A stretch of 64,000 nucleotides of DNA, from the NCBI GenBank assembly GCA_042568575.1, contig JBHPIO010000004.1, positions 26,522-90,521 on the forward strand. Direction: 5' to 3'. Origin of the DNA: Patescibacteria group bacterium (GTDB taxonomy: Bacteria; Patescibacteriota; Gracilibacteria; UBA1369; PNNO01). Each line of letters opens with the position of its first letter. Position 1 is the stretch's first letter. The position numbers were made by a program, and so were the translations under genes. Positions 20,490 through 29,811 of this stretch are shown here, piece after piece. The notes beneath the pieces are model-generated. The model was given only the letters and a program-made list of their open reading frames with translations. It made no database searches and had not been told where the DNA came from.

Positions 20490-20642
20490 TGCACTTCCGC
20501 CCCTTGAAAATTTAACGACTGTTAGTTGATGAACACAAACGCCTCATTCAAGGCTTTTCAGATATGTCTGAGAGAGCTGCGAGGGGCATTTGTTCCTCGT
20601 CTGCTAATAAGACACCAAAACGTTTAATCAAAGGAGAACGAA

Positions 20643-20774
20643 ATGTGGATCCTTGAGGTTATTTTCTCGACAATAATTGTTGCCCTCACGGTGGCCGCCA
20701 TAATTGTGGCGATCTGCGTCATAAGAGCCGACATGCGGATCCAACGACAATTGGCTCGAGGAGGTGGGCGATAA
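20643..20774 (+). CDS. 43-aa single-TM peptide (not in the ORF track)
   Basis: AAGGAG SD 6 nt before ATG; MWILEVIFSTIIVALTVAAIIVAICVIRADMRIQRQLARGGGR. Confidence 0.7.
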   Translation: MWILEVIFSTIIVALTVAAIIVAICVIRADMRIQRQLARGGGR

Positions 20775-20927
20775 CCTGTACAACTGACTGAACTGGCAGC
20801 AACTAGCTGCAGAAAGTGTTGGTGAGTATAGCTAAAGACGAGGAAATTGGAGCGGATAGATAACTAAAAAGATCTATCCCTCCTTTTCCCATATCTAAAT
20901 CTCGTTTTAAAACGAAAAGGGGTAATT

Positions 20928-21363
20928 TGGTGGAGATGCCGGGAGTCGAACCCGGGTGCAAAAACTTAAAACGAAGACGTCTACAATCGTAGTTCATTTT
21001 TGATTACGCTTCTTTAGAATAAAAAATGAACAAAAGCTCTAAAGGAGCGGTCGGTTTAAGTCTTTTGCGTTACTAAAACCGTATAGCAACACAGCAGCCT
21101 GATGTATGGCGCCCTAATAAAATATCAGACATCAGATATTAGGACGTGGGCTTAAAAGCCCAAGGTTGAGCTATGCAACAGTTGCAGCTAATGTAGGCTT
21201 TCCTCCGAAGAGTGAAGCGTAAAGAGCTTTCATACCGTTTGCTACTCGTTCTTTAGATTCAGCATCTAAAATGCGCTGGACGGATATGCGGGGAGACAGC
21301 GCGATCCCCGGATTGCAATCAAACATTTTAAAAATAGTTTCTGTCGAATACCAATACATCCCC
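20928..21363 (-). ncRNA. ssrA: tmRNA
   Basis: 5' GGGGATG..TTCGAC and 3' GGTTCGACTCCCGGCATCTCCACCA form an Ala-type acceptor stem with G3.U; internal tag ORF ends LAATVA*; smpB is in the window. Confidence 0.95.
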
Positions 21364-21516
21364 CAATTTTTAAAGATCAATTGATAACGTTGTCGTCGTA
21401 TATTAATTATAGCTTATTTTAGCTGAGAGGGTAGTAAGATTGTTGTGGCGTGGCGCAAGTATGCGCACTTGCCTATCCAATTTCCACCCACACAGCAATT
21501 CGTAATCCTTGGTTCG

Positions 21517-21708
21517 CTACTTCTTCCTTCCTTTCGTTCTGCCTTTGCCCCTACGTTTCGGGGTCTTGGCCTTGATCTTGAAACTGCCGCTGTTACGCCG
21601 AGCAGCCCGTGCAGACTTCAATGCCTCCAAGTACTCGTTCGGGTGAAGAAGTTGCTCGTGGTTATCCACCATCTCCCCGTCATATTCACAGAATCTGCAT
21701 TTTGCCAT
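21517..21708 (-). CDS. Small basic protein with CxxC...H....H motif (unit B ORF2)
   Basis: AAGGAG SD; MAKCRFCEY...HEQLLHP and an Arg/Lys-rich tail. Confidence 0.65.
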   Translation of the reverse strand: MAKCRFCEYDGEMVDNHEQLLHPNEYLEALKSARAARRNSGSFKIKAKTPKRRGKGRTKGRKK

Positions 21709-21722
21709 ACTGACTCCTTGAC

Positions 21723-21920
21723 TTACTGCCTGCGTGCTCCGCGACCCCTGGTCTTGAGAGCAACGGGTTGGGGAGTTGTGGTTTCGACGGACGCTTCAGT
21801 CGTCGACTCTCGAAGAGAAGTGGCGCTGTCAAGCGCCCTGTAGTGAACTTCGCGCCCTTCTATCGTATCAAAACCTTTGTGGGGTACGTCGCATCGTTCA
21901 CATTGGTATTGGTTGCACAC
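21723..21920 (-). CDS. Small Cys/His protein with basic tail (unit B ORF1)
   Basis: AGGAGG SD before GTG; CNQYQCERCDVPH; RGRGARRQ tail. Confidence 0.6.
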   Translation of the reverse strand: MCNQYQCERCDVPHKGFDTIEGREVHYRALDSATSLRESTTEASVETTTPQPVALKTRGRGARRQ

Positions 21921-22055
21921 GTGTGTCCCTCCTGCTGTGCTTGTGTGGTTCTTAACTTACTACCCTGGTTGTCAAACGAGAGCACCTGAACTTTTAGGCT
22001 TTGGCCGCTGAAAACAGCGAGCAACGCCATACAAGGTGTTCTCAAAACTAAAGTT

Positions 22056-22083
22056 ATTATAACAAGGTTTCGCCAAATGTCAA
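22056..22083 (-). promoter_or_regulatory. sigma70 promoter of unit B
   Basis: TTGACA-16 bp-TATAAT. Confidence 0.75.
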
Positions 22084-22205
22084 CCCTCGAAGTAAAATAA
22101 CTTTTACTTGTAGAACGGCTGCTAAATCAGATTGTTTCACTTCGTCGAACGGGCTCTACCCGCTCAATCAGTCGCCAAGGCTCCTTCTTCGCAGCTAGAT
22201 CTAGC

Positions 22206-25200
22206 TCACTTTCTAATCTTCTGTTGTAACTTCTTTACGCTCTCTTTGAGCGCATCAAACCAATGAAGACCTAAATCCTCGATATCAATCTTTAATTTTG
22301 TCCCACTAATAAGCCATTTTGCATTGTGTTCGAGCAACTTCATAATATTTTCCGGTCTCACCGTTTTCGACATCGTAAGTACAATTTGTTTGCCCTGTGC
22401 CATGTGTAAGTTTTCCGCCTTAATGTTTAAAAGTCCGGCTTTTTTCGCTTCAATTTTCAATTCAAGAACCCTGAACAGGCTGTTAACTTCGCGTGGCATT
22501 TTCCCATATTCCTGAACCATCTCTTCATATAAATCCTGAAGATAATTTTTGTTATCAGCAGATGAAAGTTTCTGGTATGCGTTAATCTTGTCTTTTGCGT
22601 TCACGATATATCCATCAGGAATAAACGCTGTCACTGGAAGCTCAATTGAAACTTCTCGAATTTCCTCGTCATCTTTTCCAGCCGCAGCTCTTCCGGCTTT
22701 CAAGTCTTCAACAGCCTTGTTTAACATTCGTATAAAATGACTAACACCAACAACGTTGATTACACCATGCTGGTTCGCACCCAAAATATCTCCCGCACCT
22801 CTAATCTCAAGATCCTTCATGGCAATTTGGAATCCACTTCCAAGGTCGGAAGCTTCAACAATCGCGCGTAGTCTTTTTTTCGCATCAAGTTTAAGACGTT
22901 GCCCTTGATACAAGAAATACGCATAAGCTTGCGCCTTTCCACGTCCAACACGTCCTCGCAGCTGATAAAGTTGCGCAAGTCCGAATCTTTCAGCGTTATT
23001 TACAATCAGGGTGTTTGCGTTTGATAGGTCGATTCCATTTTCAATAATTGTAGAACTCACAAGTACATCGAATCTGTGCTCTTTAAACGAGACAATTGTC
23101 TCTTCGAGATCTCCACTTCCAAGTTTTCCGTGAGCCACGCCAAATGTTGCTTCGGGTACTAATTTACGCAACTTGTCGGCCATTCCTTCGATTGTTTGAA
23201 CTCGATTATGCAGAAAATAAACCTGCCCACCTCGCTCTACTTCTTTCAAAATAGCATCTCTTACTAGTCCGTTCGAAAATCGACGAACCTCCGTAATAAC
23301 AGGAAGTCTTCCTGGCGGCGCAGTTGTGATCGTCGTGATATCTCTTAGTTTATTCAAACAAATGTTAAGCGTTCGTGGAATTGGCGTCGCTGTTAAAGTC
23401 AAAATGTCGACTTCGCTTTTGAGTTCTTTTAAGCGCTCTTTTTGCTTTACGCCAAATCGTTGCTCCTCGTCAACAATAACAAGCCCGAGATTTTTAAAAT
23501 CAACGTCCGGCTGCAAAAGTCTGTGCGTTCCAATAACAATATCCACCTCTCCTTTTGCAAGTCGTCCCAAAATTTCCTTCTGCTGTTTTTGTGTTTTAAA
23601 TCGACTAAGCATCTCTATTCGAACATTAAACTCATCCATTCTTTTGGTAAATGATCGGAAATGCTGATCCGTCAAAATTGTAATTGGTGAAACAAGTGCA
23701 ACTTGTTTTTTACTCTGTACGGCTTTAAACGCAGCACGCATCGCAACTTCTGTTTTACCAAAACCAACATCTCCACACACCAACCTGTCCATAGGAGTAC
23801 CCTTTTCCATGTCCTCCTTGACGTCGTTAATAGCCTTTAGCTGCCCCGGAGTCTCTTCGTAAGGGAATGTATCCTCGAAACGCGATTGAAGATCGTTATC
23901 CTCGTTAAATGTCATTCCTTTTGCGTTCTTGCGTTTCGCATATAACATCAAAAGTTCTTTCGCAATAATTTCGGTTTCTTTTTTGACCCGACTCGTTAGG
24001 GTTGACCACTCGGCAGACCCTAGCCGCGTTAATTTCGGGGGCTGTTCGTCGGCTCCAATATATTTGTTAACTTTTTCCGCCTGATCAATTGGAACAAACA
24101 GTTTGTCATTTTCCGCGTAACCAAGTTTCAAATATTCGCGTGTAATTTCGTCGATTGTTTTTTTGTCGAGACCCATAAATCGCGCAATTCCATGGTCTGC
24201 ATGTACAACGTAATCATTCGGCTTTAGACCCGTAAGGAAGTCCAAATAAACCTTTTGATTAAACGTCTTTTTTCCTTCATCCCTTAATGAAGAAATGTCT
24301 TTGTCTGTCAGGACGACGAGTTTCAACTCTGGATTTTGGAAGGCTCTTGGGAAAACACCCTCTTTGTCTACATCAACAACAAATAAAAAGTGGTCGCTTT
24401 TGTTGGCGTTTTTAAGCTCCTTGAGGTCTTCGCTATGTTTAACGTTATATTCGGCCAACATATTTTTGAGCTCTTTCATTTTTTTCGTGAAGAAAACAAC
24501 GTTCCAGTTATTCCTTTGTTTTTCTCTAAGGTCGCTCATAAAGTCGTAAACACCCCTGTATTGCAAAACTGTTAAGTAGTGAAGGTGTTCGTGGTTGTCT
24601 ACATCTTCATTAAAGGTTGTAAAAGTAATAGACCCTGTTTTTTGATAAGCCTCGTCAACAATCATGTTCCACGCCTCAAAGTATTCGTCGATAACATCGA
24701 TTTCATCCTCGATAAGCAGGGTGTCTTTTTCAAGGTAATCAAAAAGAATTCCGGTATCTTGTTCAAAAACAAGTGGATATATTTCGGCTTTTTTAACTTT
24801 TTTGATGGATTTCTTTCCATTCTCTTGTTCAAAAAAGTCCATTGATTCAATTTTGTCGAATGCCACTTCTATTCGAAGTGGGTAGTCAGAATTTGCCGGG
24901 AAAATTGTTAGGATTTCGCCCTTCTGATAATACATTCCCTGCTCGAGAAAGTCGCCAGGCGCAACCTCGTAATCTTTCGCAACAAAGTCCTCAATAAGTT
25001 CTATGTTTGAAATTTCCTGACCTACTTCAAGCTCGATTTTCTGTCTATCAACCTCGCGTTTCGACGGAACATTTTCTAGCAATGTTTGATATGCTGTAAC
25101 AACAATCTTTTTCTTTTTATCACTAAGATTGCTTATCGTCCGGAGCGTTTCCATAAGGTGGCCTCTTTCGGAAAGGTCGTCAAGATCGTAAGAATGAAGG

Positions 25201-25445
25201 TCGGTGTCACTCCACGCAGCAAGAGTATTAATTAAATTCTCCTGTTGCCCAGGATCGTTTACAACCCATAAAATTTTCTTATATTCTTTAAATTTACTTA
25301 AAAGCTCAAATATAATGAGTGCTTTTGACGAGGCGGTTCCTGCCCCAGACAGAGAGATCTTTTTGTGTTTATGAAAAAGATCCAAAACTCTAATATTCTG
25401 GTCATTAGGAAAAAGGTCGCAGAATTTTCTTTCTTTCACAGCCAA
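22206..25445 (-). CDS. mfd: Transcription-repair coupling factor
   Basis: YVVH.DHGI RID, GDVGFGKTEVAMRA, DEEQRFGV, TATPIPRTL, QLRGRVGR, TRG DLEIRGAG. Confidence 0.97.
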   Translation of the reverse strand: MAVKERKFCDLFPNDQNIRVLDLFHKHKKISLSGAGTASSKALIIFELLSKFKEYKKILWVVNDPGQQENLINTLAAWSDTDLHSYDLDDLSERGHLMETLRTISNLSDKKKKIVVTAYQTLLENVPSKREVDRQKIELEVGQEISNIELIEDFVAKDYEVAPGDFLEQGMYYQKGEILTIFPANSDYPLRIEVAFDKIESMDFFEQENGKKSIKKVKKAEIYPLVFEQDTGILFDYLEKDTLLIEDEIDVIDEYFEAWNMIVDEAYQKTGSITFTTFNEDVDNHEHLHYLTVLQYRGVYDFMSDLREKQRNNWNVVFFTKKMKELKNMLAEYNVKHSEDLKELKNANKSDHFLFVVDVDKEGVFPRAFQNPELKLVVLTDKDISSLRDEGKKTFNQKVYLDFLTGLKPNDYVVHADHGIARFMGLDKKTIDEITREYLKLGYAENDKLFVPIDQAEKVNKYIGADEQPPKLTRLGSAEWSTLTSRVKKETEIIAKELLMLYAKRKNAKGMTFNEDNDLQSRFEDTFPYEETPGQLKAINDVKEDMEKGTPMDRLVCGDVGFGKTEVAMRAAFKAVQSKKQVALVSPITILTDQHFRSFTKRMDEFNVRIEMLSRFKTQKQQKEILGRLAKGEVDIVIGTHRLLQPDVDFKNLGLVIVDEEQRFGVKQKERLKELKSEVDILTLTATPIPRTLNICLNKLRDITTITTAPPGRLPVITEVRRFSNGLVRDAILKEVERGGQVYFLHNRVQTIEGMADKLRKLVPEATFGVAHGKLGSGDLEETIVSFKEHRFDVLVSSTIIENGIDLSNANTLIVNNAERFGLAQLYQLRGRVGRGKAQAYAYFLYQGQRLKLDAKKRLRAIVEASDLGSGFQIAMKDLEIRGAGDILGANQHGVINVVGVSHFIRMLNKAVEDLKAGRAAAGKDDEEIREVSIELPVTAFIPDGYIVNAKDKINAYQKLSSADNKNYLQDLYEEMVQEYGKMPREVNSLFRVLELKIEAKKAGLLNIKAENLHMAQGKQIVLTMSKTVRPENIMKLLEHNAKWLISGTKLKIDIEDLGLHWFDALKESVKKLQQKIRK

Positions 25446-25484
25446 AACTTTATGTTTGATTAATCGGCGCTGCCGTAAATACTA

Positions 25485-26591
25485 TTAAACTTTCAGTGGC
25501 ATGATAATATACACATAGCCCTCCTCCTTGCAAGGTTTAATTACTGCCGGCGACAAATCGTCGTTTAACTCAACACAAACCTTGTCGGTATCTAGATACG
25601 AAAGTACATCCAGAAGATATTGTGAATTTAGGGCTATTTTGTTGTTATCTCCATTTATTGTGATTGGGAGTTGTGCTTTTTCTTCACCAACCTTTGTCTC
25701 GTCGGTTGATAGGTTTAAAACACCGTCGTTCGTTGCAGAGAGCTTAATGTTGTTGTTGTTTTCCCTGGCAAACAACGAAACTCTCTTTACTGTTTGCATT
25801 AAATCTTCCTCTAAAACTTCAATTTTTGTTTTGTTGGTTTTTGGGAAGATTTTTTCGTATGCAGGAAATTTTCCTTCTATAAGCCTTGATGTAATTTCAA
25901 CATCTCCAACTTTAAACAAAATTTGGCTAGGCGAAAATTCGATTTCAACCTCCTTGTGGCCATCTTTTCCTAAAACTTTACCAAGCTCCTGGATTGTTTT
26001 TGCCGGAACGATTGATTGTACTGGGCTTTCAGATCTCGTCTCCAGATTAACTTTCTGCTCTGCAAGCCTATAACTATCTGTTGCAACAACTTTTAAAACA
26101 TCTTTATCAACAAAAAGTGCAACTCCAGATAAAACTGGCTTTGCTGTATTTTGAGATGCCGCAAATACGGTCCTTAGAATAGCTTGGCTTAAAGCTTCTG
26201 TTGCAACTTTAACTGTTTGTGGGCTTTCAATCTTTGGAATAAGTGGGAATTCATCTGCATTAATACCTTTAATTTTAGTTTCAGACTCTTTTGATTTAAT
26301 GCTTAGAGAGAGTCCTTCTGTAAGCTGCATTTCAATCTTCTCGTTTTTCAACAAAGAAACATAGTTTGTAATAAGCCGTGCCGGTATTGTTATTGATCCT
26401 TCGTTCCTAACATCTGCATCTATAAAAAGGCTAATCGCCAACTCTAGGTTTGTCGCTGATAAAAACAGCTTTTTTCCTTCCGCTTTAAGTAAGATGTTAT
26501 TTAAAACGGGAAGTGTGTTGTTTGGACTTATAGCCTTGTTAACTGTATTTAAGGCGTTTGCTAAATCCTTCTGATCGCAAAAAAGTTTCAT
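25485..26591 (-). CDS. dnaN: DNA polymerase III beta sliding clamp
   Basis: LPVLNNILL, ATNLE, ATDSYRL, SRLIEGKFPAYE, YIIMPLK. Confidence 0.97.
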   Translation of the reverse strand: MKLFCDQKDLANALNTVNKAISPNNTLPVLNNILLKAEGKKLFLSATNLELAISLFIDADVRNEGSITIPARLITNYVSLLKNEKIEMQLTEGLSLSIKSKESETKIKGINADEFPLIPKIESPQTVKVATEALSQAILRTVFAASQNTAKPVLSGVALFVDKDVLKVVATDSYRLAEQKVNLETRSESPVQSIVPAKTIQELGKVLGKDGHKEVEIEFSPSQILFKVGDVEITSRLIEGKFPAYEKIFPKTNKTKIEVLEEDLMQTVKRVSLFARENNNNIKLSATNDGVLNLSTDETKVGEEKAQLPITINGDNNKIALNSQYLLDVLSYLDTDKVCVELNDDLSPAVIKPCKEEGYVYIIMPLKV

Positions 26592-27010
26592 AAGACGTTT
26601 AAATTAATATCCCTATGTCGAAAATATTATACTAAAAAGAATTTTTATCACAATAGATAGACTTAAAAAGTTTTTGACACTAAAGCTCAACTCTTCTCTA
26701 AACAATAGATTAATTATATACATAATTTAGTAGTTGACGCAGTTGCAAGTTTTCTAAAACTACGCAAAACAACAAAACTAATTATAATTAAGAAGATTAA
26801 CCCTTTGATAACAAAAGCTGTCATCCGCGAACACAAAAAGCAATCAATAGGGTTAAAATTAAAAACCGCACCAGAAAAAGACAAACCAACTAAAACGACC
26901 CTTTTGAACGATTGTTCAAAACTAACCAACAAACTATAAACAACTACCAATATATGAACGAAAAATGTATATTGGTTTGGCAATATTAACATCATATAAA
27001 CACCGACAAA

Positions 27011-27481
27011 ATGAATAAAAAAGTAAGGAAAATTTTATATATAGTTACATTCTTTTTTCTTGTAAACATAGGGTTTTCTGTTTACTTGGCATACGAATTT
27101 TACTATCCAGACGAAAGCTCGGTTTGCTCCATAAACGCCATATTTGACTGTATAAGCGTTGCAAAATCAGGATATGCGGTTCTTTTTGGCATACCAATTG
27201 CAATACTGGGCGTGCTGTTTTATGTTGGCCTTTTTGCGCTAACCGTAGCGCTGCTTGCGGGCTTTCCTTTTAACAAAATACACAAAAAATTCACAAAATC
27301 ACTTGTGTACATGGCGCTTCGGTTTCTAGTATACTTCGGCGTTTTATTCTCACTTGCGCTAACCTACATTGAAGCCTTTGTTATTCATGTTTATTGCCCA
27401 TTCTGTGTTGCGCAACAAATCATAATAATCATTGTTGCCGGCCTACTTATTTCGGCAAAGAAGGCTATGCAAAGAGGTTAA
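27011..27481 (+). CDS. Vitamin K epoxide reductase (VKOR) family disulfide-formation protein
   Basis: CSINAIFDC.SV..S.YA..FGIPIA.LG and YCPFC within TM segments. Confidence 0.88.
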   Translation: MNKKVRKILYIVTFFFLVNIGFSVYLAYEFYYPDESSVCSINAIFDCISVAKSGYAVLFGIPIAILGVLFYVGLFALTVALLAGFPFNKIHKKFTKSLVYMALRFLVYFGVLFSLALTYIEAFVIHVYCPFCVAQQIIIIIVAGLLISAKKAMQRG

Positions 27482-27575
27482 ATCGTGGTACAATATACAA
27501 ACAGAACGCGACTGTTTATAAAATGTTTATAAATCACGTTTTGAACAATGTATGTTAATAACGCTACGAAACGGC

Positions 27576-28511
27576 ATGAACAACGACAAAAACAAAAAAA
27601 ACAACAAGGTTTCAATTGGACTTGCTCTTGGCTCTGGTGGCGCGAAAGGACTTGCCCATTTTGGTGTTTTAAAGGTTCTTGAAAAAAATGGAATAAAACC
27701 AGACATGATAACGGGATCAAGTATGGGGGCTGTTATTGGTGCGGCATATGCACTGGGAATGCCATTAAAAGAATTAGAAGAAAAAGCATACAAGTTTTTT
27801 TCATCTAGCCATATCTTTAAAGTAAGAAACTTTCACTTTTTTCACGAAAGCTTAATTCGCGCTGACGATATCCGAAAAGGATTTTATGAGTTTGTGGGAG
27901 ACCACACCTTCAAAGACTGCAAAATTCCATTTATGGCGCTTGGATTAGACTTGGAGTCGGGGGAAGAGGTTCGTATAACTTCGGGAAAACTTATAGATGC
28001 AATTGAGGCTGCATCTGCAATTCCTGGAATTTTCCCTCCCGTATTTTTTAACGGGAGATACCTCGTAGATGGCGGGCTGGTTAATCCAACGCCCGTAGAC
28101 TATCTACGCGAAAAGAATGTGGACATCATTATTGGGATTCATATGACAAATATAACATCAAAGCAATTTATTTCTGCAATGGTATGGGACAAATTTTATA
28201 AGAAGCCGGGTAAACTAAAAAAGCAAAAGCACGGAATGTTGGAACAGGCAAAGCTAAACATGACCCTTATGGTTCACATATTACTCCGAACAATTGAAAT
28301 TGCACGAAAGCTTAATGCGAAAATTGCATTTTTAACTGCGCATCCAGACGTCGTTGTGCAACCGTACACGATGGACATCGGGATGCTTGAATTCGAGAGA
28401 ATAGGAGAGGCTATTAGGTATGGAGAAGAGGCAATGGAAAGAGAAATGCCCAAGCTTCTCAAAATGATTGAAGAGAGAAAGAAAGACAAACAAGAAAGAG
28501 CCTCCGAGTAG
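27576..28511 (+). CDS. Patatin-like phospholipase (RssA/NTE-like)
   Basis: LALGSGGAKGLAH, GSSMG, A.AIPGIF.P, DGG. Confidence 0.9.
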   Translation: MNNDKNKKNNKVSIGLALGSGGAKGLAHFGVLKVLEKNGIKPDMITGSSMGAVIGAAYALGMPLKELEEKAYKFFSSSHIFKVRNFHFFHESLIRADDIRKGFYEFVGDHTFKDCKIPFMALGLDLESGEEVRITSGKLIDAIEAASAIPGIFPPVFFNGRYLVDGGLVNPTPVDYLREKNVDIIIGIHMTNITSKQFISAMVWDKFYKKPGKLKKQKHGMLEQAKLNMTLMVHILLRTIEIARKLNAKIAFLTAHPDVVVQPYTMDIGMLEFERIGEAIRYGEEAMEREMPKLLKMIEERKKDKQERASE

Positions 28512-28568
28512 TTGAAAACTGTTTGATTTTATGGTACTTTCATAACAAGTCTTATTAAACAAACAACC

Positions 28569-29174
28569 ATGAAAAAACTCGCAAGCGTTTTTGTTCTGTT
28601 AAGCCTTTTCGCCTTGAGCGGATGCGGCGATAGCTATCCCCAAGAACTGAGCGTGTACTCTTTTGACACGGCAATAATACAATACGAAATCGGGGGAATT
28701 TCACAAGGAGACGAAACAGTATATATGCGTGGAGACCAAAAGTCCTCACATCGTTTTGTGACAACAGGAGCACAGGAAGAAAACACTCTTCAGTTGGATC
28801 TTGGAAACGACAGATACGTTGCGGATCTAAATAAAATGACTGCAACCAAAGTAAAAAATAACGATTACGAAAAGCTTATTTCTATGAGTAAAGAGGAGCA
28901 AGAAAAATATCTTGTACGAAAAGCGCTTGGACTTAAAGATAGCGTTGAGGTTCCCGAACCACTCACAACTGCAATGGTTGCGGGGCAAAAATGTAAGCTA
29001 TACGAAATTGAGAATATCGGAGTTGCATGTATTTGGGAGGGAGTAGTTTTGAAGAAAGAGATAAGTATACTGGGGAATAGTAGTACGAAGACAGCAGTTT
29101 CAGCAGAAGTAAATGTTGATATAGCGAAAGAGCGATTCGAGCTTCCTGCAGGGGTTATTCTTACTAACGAGTAA
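28569..29174 (+). CDS. Lipoprotein of unknown function
   Basis: Lipobox LSGC after a hydrophobic signal; beta-rich body ending FELPAG. Confidence 0.75.
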   Translation: MKKLASVFVLLSLFALSGCGDSYPQELSVYSFDTAIIQYEIGGISQGDETVYMRGDQKSSHRFVTTGAQEENTLQLDLGNDRYVADLNKMTATKVKNNDYEKLISMSKEEQEKYLVRKALGLKDSVEVPEPLTTAMVAGQKCKLYEIENIGVACIWEGVVLKKEISILGNSSTKTAVSAEVNVDIAKERFELPAGVILTNE

Positions 29175-29200
29175 TCGCCCAAATCACTAAAAAGTATAAG

Positions 29201-29235
29201 TAAAAAGGCCTTCCTTTATAGGGAAGGTCTTTTTA
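29201..29235. terminator. Bidirectional intrinsic terminator
   Basis: TAAAAAGGCCTTCC/GGAAGGTCTTTTTA stem between the lipoprotein (+) and the 6S candidate (-). Confidence 0.8.
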
Positions 29236-29384
29236 GACTCCAAATTGCCGTTCCACAGTTTCATGCAGAAACCTGATCACTCAGGTGGGTGCCCGCATTT
29301 ATCAACCACGGTCGACAAAAATTAGGATACCCTTAGCATAAAGATGGGTTTACATGTAATTGCTTACACGAACAATTCAGAGAT
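29236..29384 (-). ncRNA. ssrS: 6S RNA candidate (compact, about 150 nt)
   Basis: 5' CTCTGAATTGTTCGT pairs with 3' ACGGCAATTTGGAG; carries GGGCACCCACCTG..CAGGTT as recalled for Firmicutes-type 6S; own promoter TTGAAA-17-TAACCT with extended TG; terminator follows. Confidence 0.7.
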
Positions 29385-29672
29385 GTAACAAGGTTATCAA
29401 AATTCGTTTTAAATTTCAAATTCCAATAATGCGAAAACACAAAATATTGTGTGCGGCATCACGAAAACCACAACCGGTTGCGACAAATTCACTCGACAAA
29501 ATAAGTGAAAAGATTTTTGGTTGCGTCGATCTGACAAAAAAGAAAGTAATTCAACATCGCTATCAAATTTGCTGCCTTTTTGCTGTATATTTTGATAGCG
29601 AATAAAAAGTCCCCCTCCAAACCTTCCTTCAAGGGGAGGCTTAAAGAAATGCTCACTTGCGCTCGTGTCTGC

Positions 29673-29762
29673 TGGCGGAGAGGAGGGGATTCGAACCCCT
29701 GGTACGATTTCTCGCACACTCGCGTTCCAGGCGAGCCCGTTCGACCACTCTGGCACCTCTCC
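29673..29762 (-). tRNA. tRNA-Ser(GGA)
   Basis: GGAGAGG/CCTCTCC acceptor stem, CTCGC-CTGGAAC-GCGAG anticodon arm, long variable arm, GGTTCGAATCC, encoded CCA. Confidence 0.96.
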
Positions 29763-29811
29763 CCGAAGTATTTGTATGGTATACTCATAGTCGCAAGTAA
29801 CACAACATATA

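Noticed and set aside
21171-21380. 69-aa ORF as a protein gene
   Set aside because: It lies within tmRNA; only its 3' part is the tag reading frame.
22206-22208. Genetic code 25 (TGA=Gly; Gracilibacteria/Absconditabacteria)
   Set aside because: TGA ends mfd and holB at their expected C-termini, and long ORFs are intact under code 11.
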